DNA of 64,000 nucleotides from contig NC_087438.1 of assembly GCF_036321535.1 (NCBI RefSeq), positions 5,334,001 to 5,398,000 of the forward strand, read 5' to 3'. Positions 13,303 to 25,851 of this stretch are shown here, piece after piece. Under the pieces are notes generated by a model that had not been told where the DNA came from, did not search any database, and saw only the letters and a list, made by a program, of their open reading frames with translations. Positions within the stretch are counted from its first letter, which is position 1. Each line of letters opens with the position of its first letter. Source of the DNA: Camelus dromedarius. Taxonomy: Eukaryota. The position numbers and the translations under genes were made by a program.

Positions 13303-13487
13303 ATATTTTTTTAATTTTATTTTTTAATTGAAATGTAGTTGATTGACAGTGTTAGCACCAGGTATGTAACAAAGCGTTTCAGTTATACATATACATACAT
13401 ATATACATAATTTTTTTCAGATTCTTTTCCATTCCAGCTTATTAAAGAAATTGAATATAGTTCCCTGTGCTACCCAGTAGGTCCTTG
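13303..13487 (-). mobile_element. Artiodactyl/camelid-type L1 3' end, antisense, 5'-truncated
   Basis: Poly-T start, 'attgaaatgtagttgatt...ttgaatatagttccctgtgctacccagtaggtcctt'. 'atattttt' on both flanks is a possible TSD. Confidence 0.85.
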
Positions 13488-14089
13488 AGAATATTTTTAA
13501 GAATAAAGCAGAAAGCAAATGTGAAATAAGTAGAGAAATAAAGGGCTATCTATGAGTGCTCTTCAGGGGTGTTCTCTATTTGAATTTTATTGATGCCACA
13601 GCAGTTTTATCTTTCTGTTAATAGTGCAAGTCAAAAGTGTGTAATATATTTATTCTTCCTTCTGATTCTTTTTTTGGAATTACACCTTTATTCTAATGGT
13701 TTCAGGACACAGCCTCCGGTGCCCAGTTTCTTTGGGATGAAGGTTAAAATTTGGATCCCTGCAGAACCCTTAGGGGCTGGGCTGCCTGTCGTATCAGATA
13801 ACGTATGTAACACGCGGAAATACCCGCAGGCGTGCCTGACGCAGGCCGCGCTTGCGTCACCCACCCCTCAGGACTCTCCCGGCTTCTGCTCTCCCACCCC
13901 CTGGGTGAAGGGGAGCATCACAGTGGCTCCTACCCGGGAAGGTGGCCTTGAGGAGGAGGTTAGCCCCTAATGAGTTCCCACCAAGCAGAGTCTGGCCCAC
14001 AGAAAATGGTGAGGGGATGCTGGCTGCCTTTCTGTGAAGACCTCAGTTCCTCCTGTATCAAAAGGAAGGGCTTCTCCAGCACCGTGATG

Positions 14090-14560
14090 CTGTTCCTTGC
14101 AGCCTTATTCACAGCAGCCAATGGTTGTCAGCAACACAAGCGTCCGTCAGCAGATGAACGGATAAACAAAATGTGGTCTCTACACAGGATGGAATGTTCT
14201 CCAGCCTTAGAAAAAGAAAGGAGTCCTGCCGCAGGCTGCCCCCGTGGATGGCCCTGGAGGCCATCGTTACACTAAGTGAAACAAGCCCATCACAAAACAA
14301 ACGCCCCGCGATTCCGCTTGCACGCGGGCCTGGAGTGGTCAGACTCTTAGAGACAGAAAGCAGAATGGTGGTGGCCACGGACGAGGAGACGTGTTGAGTG
14401 GGCGTGGAGTTTCAGTTGTGCGAGATGGAAAGTTATAGAGATCTGCTACCCAGCACTGTGCGTATAGTTGACACTGCTGAGCTGCTCACTTAAAAAATGG
14501 GTAAGAGGGTACATTTGCTATTATGTGTTTTTTTTAACACAGTTAAAAATCAAAAATTTT
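14090..14560 (+). mobile_element. L1MB-like 3' end (about L1MB3), unusually GC/CpG-rich
   Basis: 'agatgaacggataaacaaaatgtgg', 'agagacagaaagcagaatggtggt', 'gagtttcagtt', 'cacttaaaaaatgggtaagagggta' and an A-rich end. Confidence 0.85.
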
Positions 14561-15063
14561 ATAGTAAAAAGTAGAGCTTCTCCACATGGGGGGAGCCCTC
14601 TCAGGCCAGGGTGCGGTAAAGCCGTCACGCCGGGCACAGCGGGGACCTCCGGGCGCCGTCTGCGCAGGTGCAGGCCCCAGACGGTTTTGTCGTCCGGTTG
14701 TGTTCTTGGGATTAGCTGCACGTTGATCTGTTTTCTACATAAATCATTGAAATGTATGAAAATGGCTTCGTCACAGCTGTGACCTGAGAGCCAGCACACT
14801 CCCCAGAGTGGTTTAGTTAACAGACATATTTTCCCTTTACCAGATTTTTTTAGACATCATTCCAGGTCTGTCTTAAAGGACACACAAGCGTATCCTAATT
14901 TGTCATAGAAATTGAATTAATTTGTTCCTAATTGTTGCAGTGTCGTCCTCATGTTGAGTCTGTGGAGGATATGGACGCATCTGGTGGCTTTAAGCATCAC
15001 TGAGAAACTTGGGAGAATGCACAAAATACTAGCGCCTTTCTTTGTCTTTCCCCCGCCTCCTAG

Positions 15064-15201
15064 CAATGCAGCAAGAAAGCCTCTGCCTCCCTCCTGTGGC
15101 TGCTGAAGTCGTCCAGCATCATCGCCAGCCGCCCCTGGCCGCGGATCTCCCTGACGGTCATCACCACGGCCATCATCCTGACCATGGCTGTGTTCAACAT
15201 G
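15064..15201 (+). CDS. ADCY2: ADCY2 coding exon (exon 16 equivalent)
   Basis: Acceptor ...cctcctag. 138 nt, QCSKKASASLLWLLKSSSIIASRPWPRISLTVITTAIILTMAVFNM. Donor GTGAGT. Phase 0/0. Confidence 0.96.
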
Positions 15202-15752
15202 GTGAGTCGGGCCCTGCCGGACGGTGCTGTCCAGCGGGATTTCGAAGCCTTGCCCGCAGCTCCTTTGACAACACCAGTTGCTGCCTGTTACACTCAGCCT
15301 CCACCCACCGCAGCAAGGGCTTCCCTGGGAGGGGGGAGGGGGGCTCCTGCCACCACCGGCTTCCCACCTCCTGGCTCCTGCGGGTCCCAGCTAAAGAGAT
15401 GCCACCAAGTGTCAGCAGGGTGGTCACCCGGGGACGACAGAACCAGCAGATGAAGGAGAGCGCAGTGGGAAATGTGTCCCACTCTGGGGTCTCAAATGCC
15501 TGATTTCAGACATGCTGTGCAATTTTGAAGATTCTTCATTAAATTTACCCGGACTCCACTTCACTTCTTGAAAATGAGAGCTGGCACCTCTCTGCCAAGG
15601 TGGATTTCAGGGCAAACGAACTGGTGCTCTTAACACACTCAGCATGGCATCAGGCATTTGGTAACCAGTGGTCGCTCTTAACGATATCAGCATTATTACT
15701 GGTGTCTCCTTAAAAGTAAGACGCTTAGGTAATCGGTACACACTGAGACACG

Positions 15753-15794
15753 TCCTTATTGTTATTCTGACATCCTTATTGTTATTCTGACATC
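15753..15794. repeat. Perfect 20-bp tandem duplication
   Basis: TCCTTATTGTTATTCTGACA x2. Confidence 0.9.
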
Positions 15795-17324
15795 GTCACT
15801 GTCAACCATAAGGTTATGAAACTTTAGACGTTGGATGCTTTACTCGAGTTGGGACTCAGGAGTGTCGTGAGTACATCCCTTGCCTTCTGGAAGCACCAAA
15901 CGAGGTAGAGGAGAGGAGGCACACATGTTAAATAATAAATTCATGGTTCTCCTGGATGAAACTGTGAGCGTTCATTCAGGAAAAAATCACCGAGCACAAG
16001 TACGTGCCTGGTATGCTGCTAGAGACGCAGAACCCAAGCCAGTCTTCCTCCAGGGGTTCACGGTGGGGCTCGGGGGGCAGACAGCTGGGGGAACTGTTAG
16101 GAGGGCATCCGAGGGCCCACACGGAGGCGTAGAGAGGCAGCGAGGACGAGGGGCGAGGGGCCTGCCGGGCAGAACTCTGAAGGCTGAGCAGGAGGAGTTT
16201 CACCATATGGTGGGTGGAAGATGAGAAGGGGGAAGACATTTGGTGTCGAGGATGAGAAGAGAGAGAAATCTGTGTTGAGAAGGATGTTGAATGTTCACTT
16301 GGGACCAGTCCTTCACATTAGACTCTAGATGGAGCAGTTTCTCCGGACACACCTGGGGGTTCAGGTGAGGGCGATGCCAGAGGAAGCAGGTGGGCAGGGC
16401 CCCAGCTGTGAGGGTGGGCTGGCCCCTTCATCCACGTCACTCTGCCCAGAGTAGAGAAAGGAGAAAATTTCCCCTATTTTTGAGCTTTCTTGTAATTTCT
16501 TATGAATCACTGGAGGGGAAGGACGTGTCCATCAGGGTGTCATTTTTCGTTCACATCTGATGGTTTACAGAACAGTGCCCTCCAGCTCGTCAGGTCCCCA
16601 ACCTCTTGAGTTTTGACTGCATGAGGCAGACACCAGGTCCTGTGTCCCCAGCCAGACTGCATGATGCTGTGAGCTCCCTTGGGTCACACACACACCACCA
16701 AGGGTACTGATACAGCGCTCAGACCCAGGCAGGTAGGAGTGAGCATCCGTGGGGAGCCAGGCGCGGGAGGTGGGCTCCGGGTCACTCACTCACACCGGGG
16801 GGCAGAGCGCACCTCCCCCGCTGGGGATGCAGGTGCGGTCCAGGAGTGACCTGCCTGCAGCTAAGTGCCTCCCGCCGTATTTCTGCGCCTGTTTTCCCAG
16901 CTGCACTTGAACCTCTCCATCGTGGAGAGGTTTCTATTTAATGCAGCATAGCTTTTAAAACTTGCCTCGGTACTTCTTTTGAGAACACAGTTCCTAGACT
17001 AACTGAGTCCTGCTCTCAAGTGGTGGTTTTGCTATTTCTAAGCAGTTATTGACCCAGTGAGGCTAATCCAGGCACTGGACTCACTCTCCAAAGGGCCTAG
17101 CAGCTCTTTTGTGGGTGGGTTTGGGGAGGGGCTGCCTTCATGAGCAAGCTTTGCTTCAGTCCCTGGGAAGAAAATTTAACTTTTTTGTCAGGAAACTTCA
17201 TGTTTTTAAAGTCACAGCCTCATTCAGATCCTCTAATTCAGCTCCTGTGATTTATAAGCGTTCTCTTAGGGACAAAGCAAAAATGCTTTCCTTTTCTTCC
17301 TTTTTTTTCTGTTTTCAATATGAT

Positions 17325-17645
17325 TTTTCCTGTGGGTAAAATCTGTACAACATACAGTTTATGGGTTTCACCATTTTTAAGCGTACGGTTTAGGGGCATT
17401 CGGTACGTGTGCAGTGTCGTGCAATCATCACCACTATCTGTGTCCAGAACTGTTTCATCACCCCAGACACAGACTCTGTACCTGCGAGCAGTAACTCCCC
17501 ACTGCCCTGGCCCTGGTAACCTCTACTCTGCTTTCTGTTTCCATGAACTTGCCTGTTGCAGATAACCTCACGTACGTGGGATTACACGGTGTTTGTCCTT
17601 TTGTGTCTGGCTGGTTTCGCTTGGAATAGTGTTCCCAAGTTTCTC
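17325..17645 (-). mobile_element. L1MB-like 3' end, antisense
   Basis: 'accatttttaagcgtacggtt...gtgcaatcatcaccactatct...tccagaactgtttcatcacccca...ccctggtaacctctactctgctttctgtttccatgaacttgcct'. Confidence 0.85.
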
Positions 17646-19784
17646 ATTTTCTCTTTGATGTGGAGCCCCCCACAGCAGCGGACCCTCTCAGTCTGCACTG
17701 GGCTTTCTAGCCAGTGGCAAACAGCCCTTACTGGCTGTTTCTGTCATCACCTGCCATCATCCAGGAGCGTGAGGCACGCTGTGGGGGCCAAGGCCGCCCA
17801 CGATCTCCCCTGCCGCTGTCTGTGTGGTGGACCATTCCACACCGAGCCTCCACGTGGCGTGTGTCACTGATGTGTAGCCCGAGGCTGAATGGTCACAGCC
17901 CCGACAAGAGCAGGGGCCAATAGGGATGCTGCGCTCAGAGAACCGGCTCCTTTCACTCTCATGCACACTAATGCAAATGCCAGAATGGCCAAGTGAGTTT
18001 ATTTAAAATGAACCATGGGGTTTTGCCAGGACATCTTAAACACCTGACACTCACCCCTGTGACACCAAACACTCCAATAAAAAATAGAGAAAAACAAATC
18101 AGTTATCCAAAATTTTTTCTTCAAATATGGGGTTTGGGGCACCAAACTGAGAATAGCCTGTGGGTCTTGTTCCGTTTGACTTCTCAGCTGACTGTTTAGA
18201 ACCACGTATGAGACGCTCAAATCCTCTGCCATTTTTTTCTGACATTTTGACCATGTCGTCGTGTGATTCTTCCCATCATTTCGCAATCTTTTCTGAGACA
18301 CCTCTCAGAGAATGTTATAAATAGCCCGGCTTTGTGAGCCACTCAGACAAGGAGTTAGCCGTAGTGAACTAGCAGTTAACGAGGACGCTCTCCGGACTTC
18401 TCACTCCAGCCAAATGACAAGCAACGGTGTTACCAGGCACAGAACACGGCATTAAATCCCGTGTTCACAACTGAATAGTATCTGAAAAACATAATTCTGA
18501 GATGTTTTACATTGCCTGGGAAATGTAAAATTGGGAAGTCGGGCTAAAAATTGTAGTTAATTAGGACCTCTTGTCCAGAAAGAGGATATCATTTCCCCGT
18601 GATGACAGAGGCTGTGGAATATTAAAGCAGATCCAGAGAGACGTCCCTCAAATAATGATGATACGAGAAATTCATTCTGTGCAGAAAATGATGGCACTTT
18701 AACCCGGAGGAGAGAGGGACCTGGGACAGATAAAGCTCTGGTTTCAACAGCTATAATTAGGAGTTTGTTATTTTAAAGTAACGAAGAAGACAGAAGAGGA
18801 AAATTGATTCCAGACTGCAGTGTGGTGCCGCGTAGACAGGATGAAGGGGTTCTTGATTTTAGGGGTAGTTAATGTAAAAAGTAGAAAAAAGTAGCAGGAG
18901 GGAGTTAACGAAGCATTACTGGATGTGACGACTGAAGTTCTCCACTGCAGTTCAAGTTCACGCCATCGTATTACCGCATAGCCTAGGCGGTCCTCACAGG
19001 ACATACTTCTGCTGGTTGTACAGCAAGAATTTAGTTTCTTCTTTATATGCTGATAGAGCAAATAGGGTATTTTTAAACTGTTTTAAGATCTCAGTTGCCT
19101 GAGACTAGTAACCTGTTAAATTGAATGGTGTCCTTCTATTTGTTTCTTGATTCTTTATTTAAATGTTTCATTTTCGATCTGTCAGATCTAAATTTGTAAC
19201 ATGTTGAAGCCTGATGTTTGCCAAGCAGTTACTACATTTTTCTCCTGATGCTATTTTTCTCAAATAATTAGCACATTTATGTTTCAGCCGGGGGTTGTGA
19301 CATTTTTGATAAATTCTTTACTAGTAAATAAAGAAATCTATACAGTTATTTGGTTTTTAAATCAGCATTTTGCAGTGTTTTATGAATGGTAAAATGGGTA
19401 TCTGGTATCATTCCTGGCATCTGAGAGGAAACGTTCTCAAGAACATACAAAATAAATGGCTTTTTCTTTACCTAAGTAAAGTACTGTAGGTATTTGACAA
19501 GAACTCTTGTCAAAGGAAACAAACAGAAGGGAGGAGGCTAACAAAAGCAATCACGGAAACGATACAGGGACGTTTCCCTTTTTAGACCTTGAGTTTGGAT
19601 GGTTAGCCCCGTGCAGAAAAGCCAACCTAGTTTCACAGATGAGATGAATTTCTTTTGTAAAGGGAACCTGGGCCCAGTGGTTTCTCCGGTTTACCTGTAC
19701 TGAACACTTTTCTGACCCTCAGCCACGATACAGAAAGTGACTGCTCCTCAGTCACCTGAACAGTTTGTGCTGACGCTTCTCCAG

Positions 19785-19868
19785 GAAAGAGAGAGACAGA
19801 GAGAAACGGAAACAGACAGACAGACAGAGGAGGAGAGCGAGGGAGAGAGAGAAACAGAAAAGGAGAGG
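19785..19868. repeat. GA/GACA-rich low-complexity microsatellite
   Basis: gagagacagagagaaacggaaacagacagacagacagaggaggagagcgagggagagaga. Confidence 0.8.
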
Positions 19869-20462
19869 CTGAGTTTTTCCCATCTTGTGGACTGGCCGCA
19901 CTTTCCTTCTGGCTGCTGATATTGGTGGCCATTATATGAGAACGAATCACCTTTATTTTCTCAGGATTACTCCTTTTTAAAGAAAAACATCAGGACCCCC
20001 TTTCTAACAGTCCTGAGAGCATCCATCCCCTCCAAACGTGATCCCTCGAGGTCCTGGGCTGCCAAGCACTCACGTGCAACAGACACAGATGTTGGTGTCA
20101 GTTAGTGCACTTTGCCCACAGAATGAACTTATTTTCTTAAAATGAAAACCTTATACAACTGCACTGACTCATTCCACGTCTGAGCCTAGTTGGTGAAGAT
20201 GCTGCAGAGACGCCACGTGAAGACTCCGATGTCGCAGTGGAGGGTCGAGGGTCTGAGTGCGATGACGTCAGCCTCACACGTAATTCTAACCGAAGCTCCC
20301 TGCCCTGTGCTGTGTGCATTTTAAAACTGATGTTTGACAGAGGTGCTTCTGTTTTCTTCCGCATCCATCCTGTAGGTCTGGAATTCACTATGACGTGCAG
20401 AGCACAGCAGTGTGATTTACTTACTCAACAGAGACTCTCAAAGCCTCCGTGAGGAGCTGGGA

Positions 20463-20589
20463 GGGGAGGGCTTAGCTCAGGGGTAGCGTGCGTGCTTAGC
20501 TTCGTGGTTTCAAGCCCCAGCCCCTCCATTAAATAAGTAGATAAATAGATACCTCCCCTCCAAAGGAAAAAAGAAAAGAAAAAAGAAGA
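20463..20589 (+). mobile_element. tRNA-Ala-derived SINE (Vic-1-like), internally deleted
   Basis: 'ggggagggcttagctcaggggtagcgtgcgtgcttagc...ggtttcaagccccagcccctccatt' plus an A-rich tail. Confidence 0.8.
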
Positions 20590-20748
20590 GATGAAGGGGT
20601 CAGCACCGCTAACAGAGACCCTGGGTTGCCCACACAACCCTGTTTACTGCGCCAAAGGAACGCCTGGTCGTTAGTGAACGTAACACCCACCTCCTGTCTC
20701 TTTAATCTCTTTTGCACGAATTCATTGAGAAAAACACTTTCTTTGCAG

Positions 20749-20874
20749 TTTTTCCTGAGTGATTCGGAGTCAGAGGAAACGACTCTTCCAATGGCCAACG
20801 CGTCAAACACAAGTCTTTCTGCTTTAAATAATCAGGCAGCGACTCTGCGTGCACAAAATTTGTTTTTCCTGCCG
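20749..20874 (+). CDS. ADCY2: ADCY2 coding exon (exon 17 equivalent), glycosylated extracellular loop
   Basis: Acceptor ctttctttgcag. 126 nt, FFLSDSESEETTLPMANASNTSLSALNNQAATLRAQNLFFLP, with N-X-S sequons NAS and NTS. Donor GTAAGA. Phase 0/0. Confidence 0.95.
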
Positions 20875-21502
20875 GTAAGAACGCTTCGCTCATTGCTGCT
20901 CTTGTTGTCTCCTGTGTGCTGTTCCCTGCGGGGTGGCATGGCTCCACCTCCTCGTCTGGGACAGACTTTACTTTTCGTCTTTGGTTTCAATACCTGAGTT
21001 TGTCCTGACCAGGGGAAAACTGCCAGTGTTCAGCAGAGAAGTCCCAGCCACGGGCACCCATCAGGTCTCATGTGCAAACCAGCAGTGGCACTTTGAGGCC
21101 CTCATGGGTGACTCGTGTTTCTCCCCTGAATGCTGCATTTTATAGCCTGTGTCCCAGCACGTAGCATTCGACTGTACGTCACTGACTTTCGGGGTCTGTC
21201 ACTTACAGGTTGTGCTAATTATCCTGGTGAATTAGAGTCAGCTTCCTGGCTCTGTGGTGACGAGGCCCACGGCTCACATTTCTCTCTTTCCTTTGGTTGC
21301 AGATGTGTCAAGTGATTATATCCTCAAATAATCCTTGCTAACTGGCCCGTTTTAACTGATGTCCAAGAAAAGGGCCTCGACTGAAATTTCAAAACTTACT
21401 AACACATTAGTCATTTAAGTGAAAAGAGTTAAATCAGTTATTTGCTGCTTAATAACTTCTTTCTTCCCATGAATTTTCATGTGCAAAAAAAAATAACTTT
21501 GT

Positions 21503-21599
21503 GGGGGAGGATATAGCTCACTGGTAGAGCGTGTGCTTAGCGTGCACGAGGTCCTGGGTTCAATCCCCAGCACTTCCATTAGAAAAATAAAAACAAAAA
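21503..21599 (+). mobile_element. tRNA-Ala-derived SINE (Vic-1-like)
   Basis: A box TAGCTCACTGG, AGC anticodon remnant, B box GGTTCAATCC, then an A-rich tail. Confidence 0.88.
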
Positions 21600-22869
21600 T
21601 TTGATACCTTCCTTTTCATTTTCTGAATAATCATCTAAAGTAGCATAAATTCTTCCCACTTGGCTTGTCTCACATAATCAGTTTCAAGAGTGCTAAATGA
21701 GCTCTTCTGGGCACTGAAATTGATCATTCAATATGTGTATTTTTTCATCTTTCTCCCAATTTTTTAAACTCCATGAGCTATGATGATTAAGGAGATCTCC
21801 TTTCTTCATTCTTCTTTCGTTGGTTTGTCCCTTTGATATTAGGCTTTGATCCTAAGCCAGGCTTGTTTCTGAGGCCAGAGAGCAGCGTCCACATGGTGTC
21901 CCCAGAGGCTCAGGATGAGAGGACAGCATCAGTTTTGTGCCTTGTCCACGGGGTCCTGGCCTTCGTTTGGGGCAGGACTGTGAACCCCAGTGAGCACTGG
22001 GGATTGCCTTCTCTGTGTCAGTTATGTGAACAGTGAGAGATGGGATTCCTGGGGAGGGTTTACTGGCTGTGATCTCAGTGTGGGCAGTTCGGAGCCCCTT
22101 TCTCTAGGGGATGATGTAAACTGCCTGGCTTTTCCTCCTTGGATGGAGGCCCCAGCACACAGTCCATCGGCAGTGGAGGGGCCGTGCCTGCGAGCCATCC
22201 CCACGCCGCATCCCCCCGACTCTTGGACGGTTTACAGTGAAGATGCTTTTTCACAGGAAAGAAAAGCATAGCTGGCAAATCATTTTTCTGTAATCTCTCC
22301 ATCCAGAGTTTGAGTTGAACGGCTCACCATCCTTGGCACCCCGAAAGGCAGGAAAGTCATCATCGTGAATTTCATTTAAGAAAGTCTGTGTGATATCTTA
22401 TTTTCAAAGAAACAAATCATTAGAAACCCAAGATAGTGAAAGGGCACCTTTCGTCAACCAGAACAGATTCCGAAAAAAACACACAGTAGACTGTAAAATC
22501 TAGGTCAGACTTAGTCAGCAGGGCTACTGTTGTTCCAATAATAAATCCTCAGAAAGAGGATTATGGTGAGCTTTGCCAAGGAGGCCCTGCGTGCTCACAT
22601 ACTGTCTGTGCAGAAATGGCATTATTAACTTGCAAGGTTAGGGATCCCCGAGGAGCTTCGAAACAGCCTGGCTTCCGTCTAAATGGATGGAAAGGAACGC
22701 CGGGAAAGCCGTTTTGCGGATACGCATGATGCCTCAGTTACTCCTCCCAAAGCCCGCCTTCCGTGATGTCCGAGGTTGATTGACAGCGGGTGGAAGGCGT
22801 GTCCACATTCACTGCGGCAGGAGATGAGAAGTGGTGCGGCTCTTCCTGGTGGTCATTTGTGATAGTCAA

Positions 22870-23350
22870 AAAGCGTAGAAACAGGCATACTTTTTACCCT
22901 GCAACACAACTCTTAGAAACTAATTTTAAAGGTGCGAAGATTTAGCTACAGGAGTGTTCATCAGAGTGTTTATATAACAACAAAAACAATGGAAGGAAGC
23001 AAACAACCTAAAAGTTAGAATAAATTTAATTGTTTAAATTTTGTTATGAACATACGATTTAATTATATCCCGCCACTATAGAAGATGCTGTAGAAAAGTA
23101 TTTAAGGACATGGAAATATATACCTGTAAGTTATTAATTGAAAAGTGTCATTGAAAATCATTCCAAACAACACATTCCTAATTTCCTAAAATAATAATAC
23201 CAATAATAAGTAGCAATGACACCCGAAAAGCTGGAAGGACAGACAAAAAATTAATCATAGCTCAGGTTGGATGTTCGTGATTGCAGGAGACCCTTACTTT
23301 TTATATCGGTCCTTTGTACATTAATATTTAACATCAGATACTTCTGTAGC
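22870..23350 (+). mobile_element. Old L1 (L1MC/L1ME-like) 3' fragment
   Basis: 'gtgttcatcagagtgtttatataacaacaaaaacaatggaag...aaacaaccta' and 'acatggaaatat'. A-rich and highly diverged. Confidence 0.55.
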
Positions 23351-23424
23351 AGAAGAAAAAGTCACTTAAAAATGTCAGAAAACAGAATCAACCAGAAAGA
23401 ATCTTTGCCATGTTGTCAGTTCAC

Positions 23425-23560
23425 ACTATATAAGGCATTTATATCGTTTCATCCACAGATCTACACTGTAAGTTAGATATTGGGAGTTCCGGTTTTTCCA
23501 GGCGAGGAAACGGAGGCCAAAAGATGCTTTAGTAAATTACAAAGATGACAGTGGCTGTTC
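23425..23560 (-). mobile_element. MIR fragment
   Basis: 'ttttccaggcgaggaaacggaggccaaaaga' is a MIR core variant. Confidence 0.55.
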
Positions 23561-25634
23561 CCTTGGTATGAAAATGCAGACTGATTTCACTGAATGTGTG
23601 AAAAGTGTTCATGACAATAGGAACCAATTTTAACTTAATAGTAACTAATGTTAATAGTAAATAGTAACTAAGACAAAATTAACTCATAATTATATTAACT
23701 GTAACAAACCTATATAAAAATAAGAGTACAAATGATTATGTCCTAGCAGAAGTCAGTTCAGGCGCCTACAGCCAGAATCTTGACAACCAGTGATCTCCGC
23801 GCTGGGCTGCCTTGAGTGGTAGAGAGGTGTTCTTTGGGGCTCCCTCTGAAGATACCAGCAGGGTCCTAACCTACCTTTAATGAATTCCCGCAGTACCTTG
23901 TGCGTGGCCCCCAAGTGTCCTAGAAAGGGTATTTAATAGGAAAGGTCCAGGAGGGGCTTCAGGATGATGGTACAGAGGGTGCCGAGCTCACCCCCTCCCA
24001 CAGATACATCAATACAAGATGCGCTGAAAGGCTGCTTCCTGTCGACGCGTGTTTCTGGGTAGATGTCCCTGAAATGTGAAAGCGTTTTAAAAGCCTGAGA
24101 ATGAAGGTGAACTCCTAGGCATATATTACAGGTGTTGGCGCATATTTAAACCTAGAGCTGTTACCGAAAACCTTTACAACCCTACCGCCCTCAGTCCCCC
24201 AAATGCACACGCTGCTACACACACTTGTGTAAGGGGCTCCTCAGTCTGCTCACTCAGTTAGGCTGAACTGTTGGAAACTTTCATCATCAGAAAGGTTTTC
24301 AGCATAATTTTAGCAGCAGAATCCTTTTTAAAACCAACTCTTACAAAGAGCCCCAGTTTCAGAATGTATACAGCTTCCCAGGGGCCAGATGCTGTTCTGT
24401 GCTCTGTATTATCTCATTTGATCCTCACAAGAATTCTTCAAAGTGGGTATTCGCCTCATCCCACAGACATGCCTTTCATTATTTGTGCAAATAAGCTGCT
24501 TTGTCGTTGAAGGGGAGACGCTGAGTCGGAGCTTCCTTCGCTGCCTGTTCCCAAGGCGATTTCACGGCTTTTCAAGAGCTGTTTGTAATCCGCCGCCTGC
24601 TGCCTCATAGAGCAGGTTACAAACCCAGGCTTGGCAAACTCTCGGTGGGGACTGATACTTTGAAAAATATGATGGTGGATTAGCCCAAAAATGAGCTAAA
24701 GAAAGAAGGCATACAAAGCTGCAGCCCGTGTTTTATTAGATTCACCAGAAAGGAGCCCACCGCATCAGGCTGTAAGGCTCCGCTGACCCTGGGCGGAGGG
24801 CCCCTGGGGGGGGCGCGCGGGGCCCCCTGGGCTGCTCTCAGAGGCCGCCCCAGCCCTGGTGCCCCGTGGGTCACTGAGCCTCACACCTGCCCTCAGAAGG
24901 TGATCCTCGGTCATTAAGTATTTCCGTGATTGAGGAATTAACATAGTAGTGGCAGAAGTCCCCCGTAAATGAGGGCTGGTCTCCAAGCACAGGCTGCCTC
25001 TCTCCCACCTTCTGCGTTAGTGAGACTGAGTTAGTGGTGCCCCTCCAGTGTCTCCCAGGCCACCCGTTCTGGCATTCCTCTCTGTCAGCCTAACAGCCCC
25101 AGCAGGACACACTTCCTCTCTTCCTCTCCCTGTTCTCTGTTGTGGGGGGTTGGTGGTCTGAATAGTGGAGAACTGACGTCAGGTAATTGTGGCTGAAGAG
25201 GCTGCGCTTACAAACCCTTGGCATCCCCTAAAATGCCACCACCTGTCAGGCTCCCCGGCCGAGGCACGCCTCACTTCCCAAAGACTGCCCCAGCTGCTGT
25301 GGGACCCAGGGGAACTGCTGGTCCTCCTTCTGAAGGTGAAGTGCCAGCTCGGAGTCCTCACTGGCAAGCTCTGGTTAATTCTTGCCTGGGTGCCTCCCGC
25401 AGGGAAGGAAGGGCACTGTGGGACCACTGCAGCTCGTTTTCTGACTTTTTCTTCCCCAAGAACAGGACTGATGAACTGATACCAGTAGCCTTTCCCAGGG
25501 CTGACTGTGGATGACCCTAGCTGGGGAAATAAAATTAAGAGATAGAATGACAAAAATAAGCAGTTTTTACAAAGCTTATTGCATATAATGAAACTAAGAT
25601 GGAGTAGTTTACACACTGGGCTATTTTTAAAAGG

Positions 25635-25851
25635 CAAGATATTAACTATTATACATAAAATAGATAAACAACAAGGTCTTACTGCAGAGCACAGGCAGCT
25701 GTAGTCAGTATCTTGTAATAGCCTATAATGAAGAAAAATATGAAAAGGAATATATATATATATGTATATGTATAACTGAATCACTGTGCTGCATACCAGA
25801 AATTAATACACTGTAAACTGACTATACTTCAATTTTAAAAAAAGAAAAAAA
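25635..25851 (+). mobile_element. Artiodactyl/camelid-type L1 3' end, sense, 5'-truncated
   Basis: 'taaaatagataaacaacaaggtcttactgcagagcacagg...tataactgaatcactgtgctgcataccagaaattaa...actatacttcaat' plus poly-A. Confidence 0.88.

Noticed and set aside
21503..21580. Apparent tRNA-Ala(AGC) genes here and at 20463, 43318 and 44226
   Set aside because: Mismatched stems, A-rich tails, a shared non-tRNA tail, TSDs and no T-run terminator identify them as SINE copies, not tRNA genes.
25179..25784. 201-aa minus-strand ORF
   Set aside because: Starts in the (TA)n of an L1 3' end and has no recognisable homology; chance ORF.
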